From a virus (Duplodnaviria; Caudoviricetes): a stretch of DNA of 24,802 bases. The stretch spans positions 1 to 24,802 of the IMG/VR virus record IMGVR_UViG_3300014656_000131. One strand, 5' to 3'. The notes beneath the pieces are model-generated. The model saw only the letters and a program-made list of their open reading frames with translations, searched no databases and had not been told where the DNA came from. Of this stretch, positions 16,776-24,733 are shown piece after piece; position 1 is the first letter of the stretch; every line of letters begins with the position of its first letter. A program made the translations under genes and the position numbers.

Positions 16776-18287
16776 CTAGTCCTCCTCCCGGGGCCGGGTC
16801 AGCAGCCCCTTGGCTTGCAGATAGTCGGTCTCCTCGGCCTGCTCGTCCGCGGCCTCGAAGAAGTTGTCCCCGGCCTCGGCCGCGATGTCCTGGCGGCTGG
16901 TGGTGCACATGGCGATGCGCTTTTCCGCGGCCGTGGCGTCGTTGCGCGGATCCACCCAGGGCCAGCCCGGCAGCAGCCATTTCACGGGCATCCCGGCCTC
17001 GGCCCCGGGCTCCAGCCCGCTCAGCTCCAGCATCCGGCACCAGCGCTGCCAGACCGGGCCATGGGCCCGGGCCAGCAGGTAAAACTGCTGCATGCGGTAG
17101 CCCCGGCGCTCGCCCAGGCTGCCGTTGCGCGCCGAGCTGTAGGTGGATCCGGCGTAGTCGTGGGAATAGGATTCGTAGGTCATGCCAAAGCCCGTGCTCT
17201 GGCCCTGCAGGGCCGCGCGCATGTAGGCCTCGTGGTCCGGCCCCGGCTGCGTGCTGGACACCACATGCGGCTCCAGGCCCGGGGGCAGCAGCTTGACCCC
17301 GCCGGGGTCCAGGGTCTCGGGCACCTCGCCCTTGTCCGCGGCCAGGCCGAACCCGGCCGGGGCCTCATCCTGGCCGTCCTGCAGGCCCAGGCCCGTGTAG
17401 TCGGCCATGTACTGGCTGGCGTTCTGGGTCTTCAAAAAGGTGCTCATGGCCGCCTGCAGCCGCGCGGTGATGCGCACGGCGGCCTCGTAGTCGTCCAGCT
17501 CGTAGCAATCCATGACCAGCGGGGCCAGCCAGGTCATGCCCCGGGTCTGGCTGGCGCGCACCCGCTCCCAGACGTGCAGCACCTGCTCCGCGGGCACGGC
17601 CACCGAGCGCTGCCACAGGCCCCAGCCATCCTGACCAGGGTGCTCGGGATAGAGGTGATAGGCCGCCACATGCCCCAGGGCGTCGAACTCGATGCCGTGC
17701 CGTGCCAGGTTGCCGTTGGCCAGGGTCCCGTGCACCGAGGTATCCAGATGGTCGAACTCCAGGGCCTCGATGCCCAGGGGCACGATCCCGGCCTCCAGCA
17801 GGCTGGGATCCACAAAGAACCTGAGCAGCAGGTTCCCGTCCTCCCAGCTGTGGCGCAGGATCAGCTTTTCCAGGCCCCACCAGTCCACGGCCCTGGCCCA
17901 GGCGGCCCAGTGGGCCTGGACGCGCTGGTTGCGCTCGGTGTCCTTGCGGCCGTCGGCCCGGCGGAACTGCACCTGGGGCCGGAACCCTCCGAACACCACC
18001 TGGGCCACGATCTCGCGGATGGCGCCCTGGATGCGGGTGTTGTTCCGGGCCAGGTCCCGGGCCCGGGCCACCACGGACTTGAGATCCCGCTGGATCAGGG
18101 CGTCGGCTGTCTGGCGCGAGGGCCGCTTGTGCCCCAGGGGCCCGTGCCGGGTGGCGGCCTCGTAGTGGGCCAGCAGCGCCAGGTTGGCGGCCCGGCCCTG
18201 GGTCCAGCGCAGGGCGCTGGCCGGGGCCACGGCGCAGAGCAGTCCGTTCACCAGCCGGGTCCAGCGGTGGTAGGCCTGCCCGTTCAT
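16776..18287 (-). CDS. Portal protein, lambda family
   Basis: ARARDLARNN, GIEFD..G...AYH...HPG, VLH....R..QTRG, YSSAR...E.R, PGWPWVDP..DA.A. Confidence 0.95.
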   Translation of the reverse strand: MNGQAYHRWTRLVNGLLCAVAPASALRWTQGRAANLALLAHYEAATRHGPLGHKRPSRQTADALIQRDLKSVVARARDLARNNTRIQGAIREIVAQVVFGGFRPQVQFRRADGRKDTERNQRVQAHWAAWARAVDWWGLEKLILRHSWEDGNLLLRFFVDPSLLEAGIVPLGIEALEFDHLDTSVHGTLANGNLARHGIEFDALGHVAAYHLYPEHPGQDGWGLWQRSVAVPAEQVLHVWERVRASQTRGMTWLAPLVMDCYELDDYEAAVRITARLQAAMSTFLKTQNASQYMADYTGLGLQDGQDEAPAGFGLAADKGEVPETLDPGGVKLLPPGLEPHVVSSTQPGPDHEAYMRAALQGQSTGFGMTYESYSHDYAGSTYSSARNGSLGERRGYRMQQFYLLARAHGPVWQRWCRMLELSGLEPGAEAGMPVKWLLPGWPWVDPRNDATAAEKRIAMCTTSRQDIAAEAGDNFFEAADEQAEETDYLQAKGLLTRPREED

Positions 18288-18502
18288 GCCCGGCCTCCCC
18301 TGGTCCTGAGCACGCGCACCCCGCCCACCCGCAGCAGTGCCAGGCTGGCGCGCAGTTCCTCGATCTTGTCTTCCAGCCGGAAGAATGTGGCCCGGGTGTA
18401 CTGCACCCCGTCCAGCTCATAGGACTGCGCCCCGTCCAGGATCCTGTCTCGGGCGGCGACGTACTTGGCCAGCTCGGCCTGCAACACGGCCGCATCAGAC
18501 AT
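18284..18502 (-). CDS. gpW-like head completion protein, 72 aa
   Basis: L.KY.AA...IL.G.QSY.LDG..YTRA....L...I..L motif; ATG 18502; ATGA overlap with the portal gene. Confidence 0.82.
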   Translation of the reverse strand: MSDAAVLQAELAKYVAARDRILDGAQSYELDGVQYTRATFFRLEDKIEELRASLALLRVGGVRVLRTRGGRA

Positions 18503-18533
18503 AAAAACCCCCAAACTCGCGTGAATTTGGGGG
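18503..18533 (-). terminator. Intrinsic terminator-like hairpin overlapping the gpW SD
   Basis: Minus strand CCCCCAAATTC-ACGC-GAGTTTGGGGG-TTTTT-ATG: 11-bp stem (one G-U), 4-nt loop, U5 tail. Confidence 0.6.
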
Positions 18534-18573
18534 CAGGATATACGCCTGGCTTTTTTCTAGGGAAGGGGGTCGA

Positions 18574-18596
18574 GACTACCAGTAGTCAATGACTAC
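18574..18596. promoter_or_regulatory. Double-dyad operator-like site upstream of the head operon
   Basis: GACTAC-CA-GTAGTC-AAT-GACTAC: three alternating copies of one hexamer; a -10-like TATCCT lies on the minus strand at 18540-18535. Confidence 0.45.
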
Positions 18597-18654
18597 AGGG
18601 GAGAGAGGCAACGAATGCTAGGGAATGTAATCTTTGATCAGGTCTATGAGCTTC

Positions 18655-21288
18655 TCATGCAGGAGGGATCGGTTTTTGAGCTAGTTTCCCTTTTTTGTAG
18701 TCATCCCGATGTTTATTAATTTTTTTCCAATAATCACGATATACAAGACGCTCATTTTCAAGTTTATCTATTGTTGGCTGTGCATGCGCCCCGTCTGCAT
18801 GGAGATGGCCTTCTATGTAGCGGCAAATATCTCCGTATTTAGCGCATATTTCATCCGCTATCTCATGGTCAAAGACGGCTTCTTTTAAATTCCCAGGTTT
18901 AATTTTTGGGTTGAACCTTGTTACAACGCCACCCAATATGCCGTCTACAATCATGGCTTCATAGCACGTGCGCAGCGCACTGAATCCTGACATCAATATC
19001 CTTTGTTTATTCTCGGGGTTCGCTATTGGTCTTGCCTCTTCGATAATTTTACTGACGATCTCTGCCTTTTTATGGGCGTATTTTTGTTCAAATGAGGGGC
19101 AGGCGTTGTTGTAGACTGCCCCTGGAATATCCCCTTCTCGGACGACCCAGCTGTGACAACAAGCAACCTCATGATTCTCTCGAGATTTCAATAGCAATGA
19201 AAGAAAATGTAAGTCATGTGTGAAAATTATGGATTGATGATTTTTGGCCTGCTCAACAAGTATGTTGGCAGTGGATTCCTTCCAGCCGTTGTCCAGGGAG
19301 TTGACCGGGTCGTCGAAGACCAAACAGCCGCAAGTGGGGTGTAGCGATATTTCCGCAAGAAAGTCTGCCAGGGCCACGGCCTTGCGTTCTCCTTCGCTGA
19401 GAACGTCAACAGCCGAAACCCCTCTCATAGCCTCGGCTTCTCCGGTCTCCAACTCGATTTTTCGCGTGGCCTTGCCCTTCGAAGCCTTCAGTTTGGGATG
19501 GATTCCCAGGGGGCGATGAAGCACGTCGAGATAGTGTTGGAAGGCCTCCATATAGTCACCGCCGATGAGTTCATTGAGCATTGAGGTGGACTTGCTGCTG
19601 ATGTGCCTTGAATTGCCGCTTGAATCTTCAATATCAGCTGCGACTAGTAACCTGTTTGCATGATTTTCCACCTCGTCCCATATCTCGGCGAACTTGACCC
19701 TGTGCTCCAGGGGCAGGATCTGTATTTCAAGCTCTTTGATCTCCTTGCTGGTGTCCTGCTTTGCCAGGGCTTCCAAGTCCATGCCGAAGCCCTGGATCAG
19801 GCTGGTGACTTTACCCGCAGGATTGGCCGGAAGAGCGGTGAACGCCTCGTGTTTCAGTGTGTCAGCAGCCGCCAGCAGTTCTGTCTTCAGTGTCGCGCAG
19901 GCTTCAAGATAGGTGCGTATCTCGTCCAGCAATGGGTTTTTTGTGTCCCTCAGGTGCTGGTGCAGGACCGAGTCTTCTCTCAGCAGGTTCGTGTTGAGGG
20001 ATTGAACCTGTTCCCGTTGCCGAACTAAGGCCTGCTGTGCTTGGTTGAAAGTCTTCTGGGTCTCGCCTTCCAGGTACTTCCACAGGGATGTGAATCGCTC
20101 CAGGGCCTCTTCGCCCAGGGGTTGCCCGCACAACAGGCAATGGTCCTCGGGCTGGGGATATGGTGTTCCTCGCTGTTCTGCCTCTTCCTCGCCCAGCGCC
20201 TTGGCTTGGGCCATGAACTGTTGCCAGGCCTTGGAACCCACGGTCGTGAAGAATTCACTTTTGAACTGCTTGGCCCCGGTGGCCTTGGCCAGGGCCAGGG
20301 CCTTTTTCAGGCCTTCCATCGATCCCACGAGCGTGCTGACCTTCTCCTCGCTCAGTCCCACCTGAATCTGGTCGAGTCCTGTTTGTAAGGTTTCGGCCTG
20401 GACCCTGAGTTGGTTGACGGCCTTGGTCTTCTTGTCGATGTCCAGGGCTTCAATAGCGGCGAGACTCTTTTTAAGGGTAGCCAACTCTTGCTGCTCCGGC
20501 TCCGATGGCGTGGCCAGCTGCTTCAGGGCTTTGAGATCTGTCTTGGCGGACAGCTCCCTGAGAGCCTTGGTGACCTCTGATTCGCCAGCAAAGTGCCGCA
20601 AGAACTGATGGGGGGTGCGCAGTCTCTCTGTCTCGCCCTTGAGCAATTGTCTGACCGCATCGGTCTCAGCCACCAGTCGCTCCAGGGATTCCAGGCTGGC
20701 CGGGGTGAACGAGAAGTCATTCTCCTTGAGGTGCTGCTCCACACTGGTGGAATCAAAGACATGCACAAAGGAAAGATCCGGGCTGGGGCCATTGCAGGAG
20801 TAGGCAACAGTGTTCTCCTGGCCGGCTTCATCCTGAATGATGAAGTCCGCCCTGGGCACGCATCTGGAGCATCCGGGCTTGGTCACGTTGGGCAGCACTC
20901 TTTTGTCGCCGCGGGAATTGCCCGCGCAGGCCAGCACTCTGGCGTATCCGGATTTTCCGGCGCCGTTGTTGCCGAAGATGACCGTCAGCCTTGGGCCGAA
21001 CTCGATGCGCTGCCCGTCTGCCAGGCGGTTCACATCCTGGACATTCTCAATGGCCTTGAGTCGCCAGGTCTGGTGGGCGTCTTCCTCTCTGATCTCGGGG
21101 AAGTCGATATCTGGCTTCTGCGCGAATTTTTCAGGATCAAAGAGTTCGTGGAGGAAATATTGACGCGCTTGATTGCGTTCCGTGTCTGTAATGGGCTGGC
21201 CTTTGAGAATGCGCTCAAGTAGGTACTGTTCCCAGTATTTTAAGTTGTCTTTGGCCCAGGTGATGATCTCGGCTGTTGCGTTCGGCAT
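18655..21288 (-). CDS. Rad50/SMC-like ABC ATPase with zinc hook and C-terminal HEPN-like domain (RloC-like, AAA_13-type), putative anti-phage nuclease
   Basis: Walker A GNNGAGKS (aa ~106), VFDS, coiled coils with central CLLC hook (aa ~384), signature LSEGE, Walker B/D-loop VFDDPVNSLD, H-loop IIFTHD, then LRTCYE and RYIEGH (RxxxxH, aa ~823). Confidence 0.85.
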   Translation of the reverse strand: MPNATAEIITWAKDNLKYWEQYLLERILKGQPITDTERNQARQYFLHELFDPEKFAQKPDIDFPEIREEDAHQTWRLKAIENVQDVNRLADGQRIEFGPRLTVIFGNNGAGKSGYARVLACAGNSRGDKRVLPNVTKPGCSRCVPRADFIIQDEAGQENTVAYSCNGPSPDLSFVHVFDSTSVEQHLKENDFSFTPASLESLERLVAETDAVRQLLKGETERLRTPHQFLRHFAGESEVTKALRELSAKTDLKALKQLATPSEPEQQELATLKKSLAAIEALDIDKKTKAVNQLRVQAETLQTGLDQIQVGLSEEKVSTLVGSMEGLKKALALAKATGAKQFKSEFFTTVGSKAWQQFMAQAKALGEEEAEQRGTPYPQPEDHCLLCGQPLGEEALERFTSLWKYLEGETQKTFNQAQQALVRQREQVQSLNTNLLREDSVLHQHLRDTKNPLLDEIRTYLEACATLKTELLAAADTLKHEAFTALPANPAGKVTSLIQGFGMDLEALAKQDTSKEIKELEIQILPLEHRVKFAEIWDEVENHANRLLVAADIEDSSGNSRHISSKSTSMLNELIGGDYMEAFQHYLDVLHRPLGIHPKLKASKGKATRKIELETGEAEAMRGVSAVDVLSEGERKAVALADFLAEISLHPTCGCLVFDDPVNSLDNGWKESTANILVEQAKNHQSIIFTHDLHFLSLLLKSRENHEVACCHSWVVREGDIPGAVYNNACPSFEQKYAHKKAEIVSKIIEEARPIANPENKQRILMSGFSALRTCYEAMIVDGILGGVVTRFNPKIKPGNLKEAVFDHEIADEICAKYGDICRYIEGHLHADGAHAQPTIDKLENERLVYRDYWKKINKHRDDYKKGKLAQKPIPPA

Positions 21289-21320
21289 AGTGACCCTTCC
21301 CGTGTTTTGATATCAGCTTT

Positions 21321-21348
21321 CCCATACCAGGGCTGGGAGGGGTGTCAA
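21321..21348 (-). promoter_or_regulatory. Putative sigma70 promoter for the RloC-like gene
   Basis: Perfect -35 TTGACA (21348-21343), 16-nt spacer ending TGG, imperfect -10 TATGGG (21326-21321); GGAAGGG SD before ATG 21288. Confidence 0.55.
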
Positions 21349-21391
21349 TATTCTTTCAGCTTCAACCTTGCCGAGTGATTCGCTCGCCTTC

Positions 21392-21625
21392 TCACCCCTC
21401 CATCTCCACGCTCTTCACGGCCTTGCCCATCCCGGCCAGCACGCATCCTGGATTTTGGCAGCGGTGCCAGCGCACCCGCGCCGCCCCGTCCCAGGGCTTG
21501 GTCACCGTCACCCGCAAACGCTGCCCGCACATGGGACACCTGGCCCCGTGCCTGGAAGAATAGGTCACGCCGTCCTCGGCCCTGGCCACTGCCGTGATGA
21601 TCGCCCGCTGTATAGCTCTGGACAT
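21392..21625 (-). CDS. Ogr/Delta-like zinc-finger protein, putative late transcription activator
   Basis: CPMC-x22-CQNPGC, exactly the C-x2-C-x22-C-x4-C spacing of P2 Ogr, with R.WHRC matching the Ogr RYHQC motif. Confidence 0.8.
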   Translation of the reverse strand: MSRAIQRAIITAVARAEDGVTYSSRHGARCPMCGQRLRVTVTKPWDGAARVRWHRCQNPGCVLAGMGKAVKSVEMEG

Positions 21626-21680
21626 CTGCCTTGCCTCTCTGTAGCAAAATGGGACTAACTATATAAAAGAGGGGGGTAAG

Positions 21681-22187
21681 ATGTTTGATAAAAAGGAAAA
21701 GCTCCTGTTCTACATGGATCGCATCAAACACATCGAGTATCAGCAGGCCGCCTGTATGGGCTTCTATTTTGCGGCCCTGGCGTATTTACTCCAGGGGCAA
21801 CTGAAGTATGATTTGTCCAGTGTCCTGCTCTACGGCCTGGTCCTCGGTGGTCTGTCCATCGTCCTTTGTCACATCGTCATCTGGGGGCTCACCTACGCCG
21901 AGCTCACCGTGGAGTGCGAGGGAGAAGGCTTCGCGCCTCTTTCCCGGGGCTTTGCAAAGCCTGCCATGCGTCGCTCATTCTATGTGGTCACATTCTTTCC
22001 CTTGCTGATGACTCCGGGCATCCTGATGGTGGCGGCCTGCAAGGCCATGCAGCATAGGCGTACCTTCGATGCCGGATGCCTAGCCGCGGTAATGGCTTTT
22101 GCCCTTATCCTCTGGTATTTCCTCATCCTCTGGGCGCCCATGCGCGACCTCTTGCGCAAGCCCCAGGCCACAGCCCCTAAGTCCTGA
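21681..22187 (+). CDS. Hypothetical membrane protein (about 4 TM), moron
   Basis: AGAGGGGGG SD, AT-rich 5' region, four hydrophobic segments; antisense to the backbone, overlaps the terL 3' end by 11 nt. Confidence 0.78.
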   Translation: MFDKKEKLLFYMDRIKHIEYQQAACMGFYFAALAYLLQGQLKYDLSSVLLYGLVLGGLSIVLCHIVIWGLTYAELTVECEGEGFAPLSRGFAKPAMRRSFYVVTFFPLLMTPGILMVAACKAMQHRRTFDAGCLAAVMAFALILWYFLILWAPMRDLLRKPQATAPKS

Positions 22188-24159
22188 GCGCCCCGAGCCC
22201 GTCCACAAAGGGATTGGCCTTGGCCTTTCTGGCCCTGGCCTGCTTTCGGGGTTGCTCGGCCTTTGGCCGGCGGCCCTTGATGCGCAGCCAGTGCGCGCCC
22301 ACCAGGCAGAGCAGGCTGGCGTCCCAGGCGTGGTTGGCCCGGTGCTCCGGGCAGACCCAGCGCCCGGTCTCGTCATCCACATACTCGGCGCACATCTGGC
22401 GCGCCCATTCCAGGCTCATCTCGGCGTTCATGCGCCAGGCCCCGGGGTCATGGCCCTTGATCTCCAGCCGGGCCGAGAGGCTGTCCTTGAAAAACTGGTT
22501 GGACCACAGCACCAGGCGCAGGCCCCCGGGTAGGGCCTTGCCCGATCCCGGGTAATACTCAATGGGGCGCGAGAGCCGCGCCGGGGACTGCGGATCCCGC
22601 TCGCCCTTGCAGGCCACCACCCGGCCCCGGTTCAAGCGGGCATAGTCGTAGACCTCGTCCGTGCGGTGGCCCATGGCGTCCACGAACAGGGCGCGCACCG
22701 CATACTCCCGGCCCTGGGCATCCAGGTAATTGGCCTCGTCCCCAAACATCACGGCGTGCAGGTCCTCCAGGCTGGTCACAAACCCGCTGCGCACCTGCCA
22801 GCTGTCCAGGCCCATGCCCCAGCCAAAGGCCCGCACCTCATACCACCAGCCATTGTCCTGGGTGTCGGCCCCGCCGATCAGACAGCTGACCACGTCCCCG
22901 CCCGGCACCATCAGCTCCGGGCGTTCGTCCCTAAGCTCCAGGATCCTGTCCTCGTCACGCACGGCCTCATAATCCACCCAGGGCTCGCCCTTGTAGTTGT
23001 TCATGAAGTCCTTGAGCGCGGTCTTCCAGCCCGTGGGGTTCACCTTGCGCTGGCCCTTCAAAAACGCCGCCGCGATCTCCGACAGCCCCATAAAGGTCGA
23101 GATCCAACCCGGCACCTGAAAGGCGATGGACTTGGGGTGCCTGAGGTTCAGGTGGGCCATCAGCTCCAGGCCGGACTCGGCCTCGCGCCACTGGCCCAGG
23201 CGCACGGCCCTGTCCCGGCCGTGGTCGTCCCAGCAGCTGCCGCAGTGCTCGCATACGTACCAGGCCAGGTTCTCGGCCGCGATGCGCACCGGGTCGCGCG
23301 TGGTCTCGGGCCAGCGGATGCGGTCAAAGCCCATCACCTGCCACATCCCGCAGTCCGGACAGCGCACCCAGTAGTCGTAGCGGTACTGGGCCTGTTCATA
23401 GGCCTGGCTGATGGCCCCGGACTCCACCGTGGGGGTAGAGATCTTCCAGCAATGGCGGTAGCCGCGATAGGTGGTCAGGCGTTTCTCGGCCAGTTTTTCC
23501 GGGCTGGTCTCGCCCTTGGCCGCGCGTAGCGGGTACTTGTCCAGCTCGTCCAGCACCAGGTGCTTCACGGGCTTGTTGCCCAGGCGCGACACCGAATGAG
23601 CCCAGGCCAGGCTGATCACCATGTGCCGCAGCTTGATGCGCTTGGTGCTGCGGTCGTCGGCGTACCCGGTCAAGTGGCTGGCCAGCCGGCGCGAGGATTC
23701 GATCATGGGCAGGATCCGATCCCGGCTGTTGTCCTCGGCCGTGTCCTTGTCCGGGAACACGTACATGCACGGCCCGGGGTCGCGGTCGATGGCATAGCCC
23801 ACGCAGGTGTGCACGCATTCCGACATCCCCGACTGCACGGACTTGCGCACCACCACGGTCTCCACCCCCGGGAAGAACGAGGCGTCCATGATCCCGCCCT
23901 GATAGGCCACGGTCTCGGGCCGCCAACGCCCGGGCAGCACGCTCTCGCTGATCACCCGGTGCCGCGCCGCCCACTGGCTGGGCAGGATCCTGCGTCGCTT
24001 CCTCAGCACCCGACGCTCGCCCTGGGTGAACCGCGCCCAAAGCGCCCCTTGCCTGGCCCGGGCCAGGACCACCGCGCCCATCTCCTTGGGCATCCAGCTT
24101 GGCAGCTGGCGCACGGCCAGGGCCCGGCCCCGGCCAATGTCTTCAAGCCAGTTCCGCAT
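22177..24159 (-). CDS. Terminase large subunit, lambda GpA family
   Basis: PSQWA..HR, KSVQSG (GpA-type Walker A), LVLDELD, ISTPT, CPDCG/CEHCG, GADTQ, VDAMG, NHAWD. Confidence 0.95.
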   Translation of the reverse strand: MRNWLEDIGRGRALAVRQLPSWMPKEMGAVVLARARQGALWARFTQGERRVLRKRRRILPSQWAARHRVISESVLPGRWRPETVAYQGGIMDASFFPGVETVVVRKSVQSGMSECVHTCVGYAIDRDPGPCMYVFPDKDTAEDNSRDRILPMIESSRRLASHLTGYADDRSTKRIKLRHMVISLAWAHSVSRLGNKPVKHLVLDELDKYPLRAAKGETSPEKLAEKRLTTYRGYRHCWKISTPTVESGAISQAYEQAQYRYDYWVRCPDCGMWQVMGFDRIRWPETTRDPVRIAAENLAWYVCEHCGSCWDDHGRDRAVRLGQWREAESGLELMAHLNLRHPKSIAFQVPGWISTFMGLSEIAAAFLKGQRKVNPTGWKTALKDFMNNYKGEPWVDYEAVRDEDRILELRDERPELMVPGGDVVSCLIGGADTQDNGWWYEVRAFGWGMGLDSWQVRSGFVTSLEDLHAVMFGDEANYLDAQGREYAVRALFVDAMGHRTDEVYDYARLNRGRVVACKGERDPQSPARLSRPIEYYPGSGKALPGGLRLVLWSNQFFKDSLSARLEIKGHDPGAWRMNAEMSLEWARQMCAEYVDDETGRWVCPEHRANHAWDASLLCLVGAHWLRIKGRRPKAEQPRKQARARKAKANPFVDGLGALRT

Positions 24160-24733
24160 CAGGGTCCACCAGCACCTGGAAGCTGTCCAGGTTCGCGTAT
24201 TCGTTCATCAGTCCGTCCAACTGCTCAAAGATCTGGTCCTGCAGCTCGCGCACCTTGGTCGGGTTCCCTTCCACCAGGAACACCCAGTCGGCCAGGCTCT
24301 CCTGGAACATCCGGCGCAGGCCCGCGTCCAGCAGCAGGGCTCGCGAGGCCAGCTCCTGCTCCAGGTCCTCGCGCGGGATGTACAATCCCTGCTCCCGGTC
24401 ACGCTTGAACTCCTCGCGGTCGGCCTGGGCCTTCAGGCGTCGCAGTTCTTCGGACTGGCGGCTCAGGGACAGCTCCGTGATCCTGGGCTCGCCGTCCGGG
24501 CCCATATCGGAAACTTTCTTTAATCTCGCCCATTTGATATAGGACTGCACGGTGTTCAGGGGGATGCCCCCGTCCTTGTCCCTGGCCAGAAAGGCCTTGT
24601 CGTGCTGCCCATAGATCTTGGAGCGCGAGACCTTGTAGCCTTCTGCCTTGAGGTGCCCCAGGACCTGATTCAAATTCTGACCTGAATCCGTGAATAAGTG
24701 TTGCCAACGTTGTTGGCTCGAAATTTCAACCAT
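24143..24733 (-). CDS. Terminase small subunit (Nu1-like); start uncertain
   Basis: Directly upstream of and overlapping terL; HTH-like N-terminus (L.QVL.HL...GYKVSRSKIY); coiled coil and REQGLYIPRED motif. Confidence 0.75.
   Translation of the reverse strand: MVEISSQQRWQHLFTDSGQNLNQVLGHLKAEGYKVSRSKIYGQHDKAFLARDKDGGIPLNTVQSYIKWARLKKVSDMGPDGEPRITELSLSRQSEELRRLKAQADREEFKRDREQGLYIPREDLEQELASRALLLDAGLRRMFQESLADWVFLVEGNPTKVRELQDQIFEQLDGLMNEYANLDSFQVLVDPDAELA

Larger units (their letters stand above)
753..24733 (-). mobile_element. Prophage/phage late (virion morphogenesis) region, lambda-like siphovirus; both ends probably lie outside the window
   Basis: Colinear minus-strand order terS-terL-gpW-portal-protease/capsid-neck-tube-chaperone-TMP-tip-fibre; no tail sheath gene; many abutting or overlapping stop/start junctions. 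Confidence 0.96.

Noticed and set aside
14499-18422. 1307-aa plus-strand ORF
   Set aside because: Antisense shadow of the capsid, portal and gpW genes caused by high-GC codon bias; no motifs, low-complexity composition
18655-21288. Housekeeping SMC/RecN/SbcC, or a Lamassu/Wadjet/PARIS subunit
   Set aside because: No SbcD, kleisin or partner genes adjacent; the extra C-terminal RxxxxH domain and moron context fit an RloC-like architecture better
21345-21731. 128-aa minus-strand ORF over ogr
   Set aside because: Alternative frame overlapping the motif-bearing Ogr ORF and the start of the 4-TM gene
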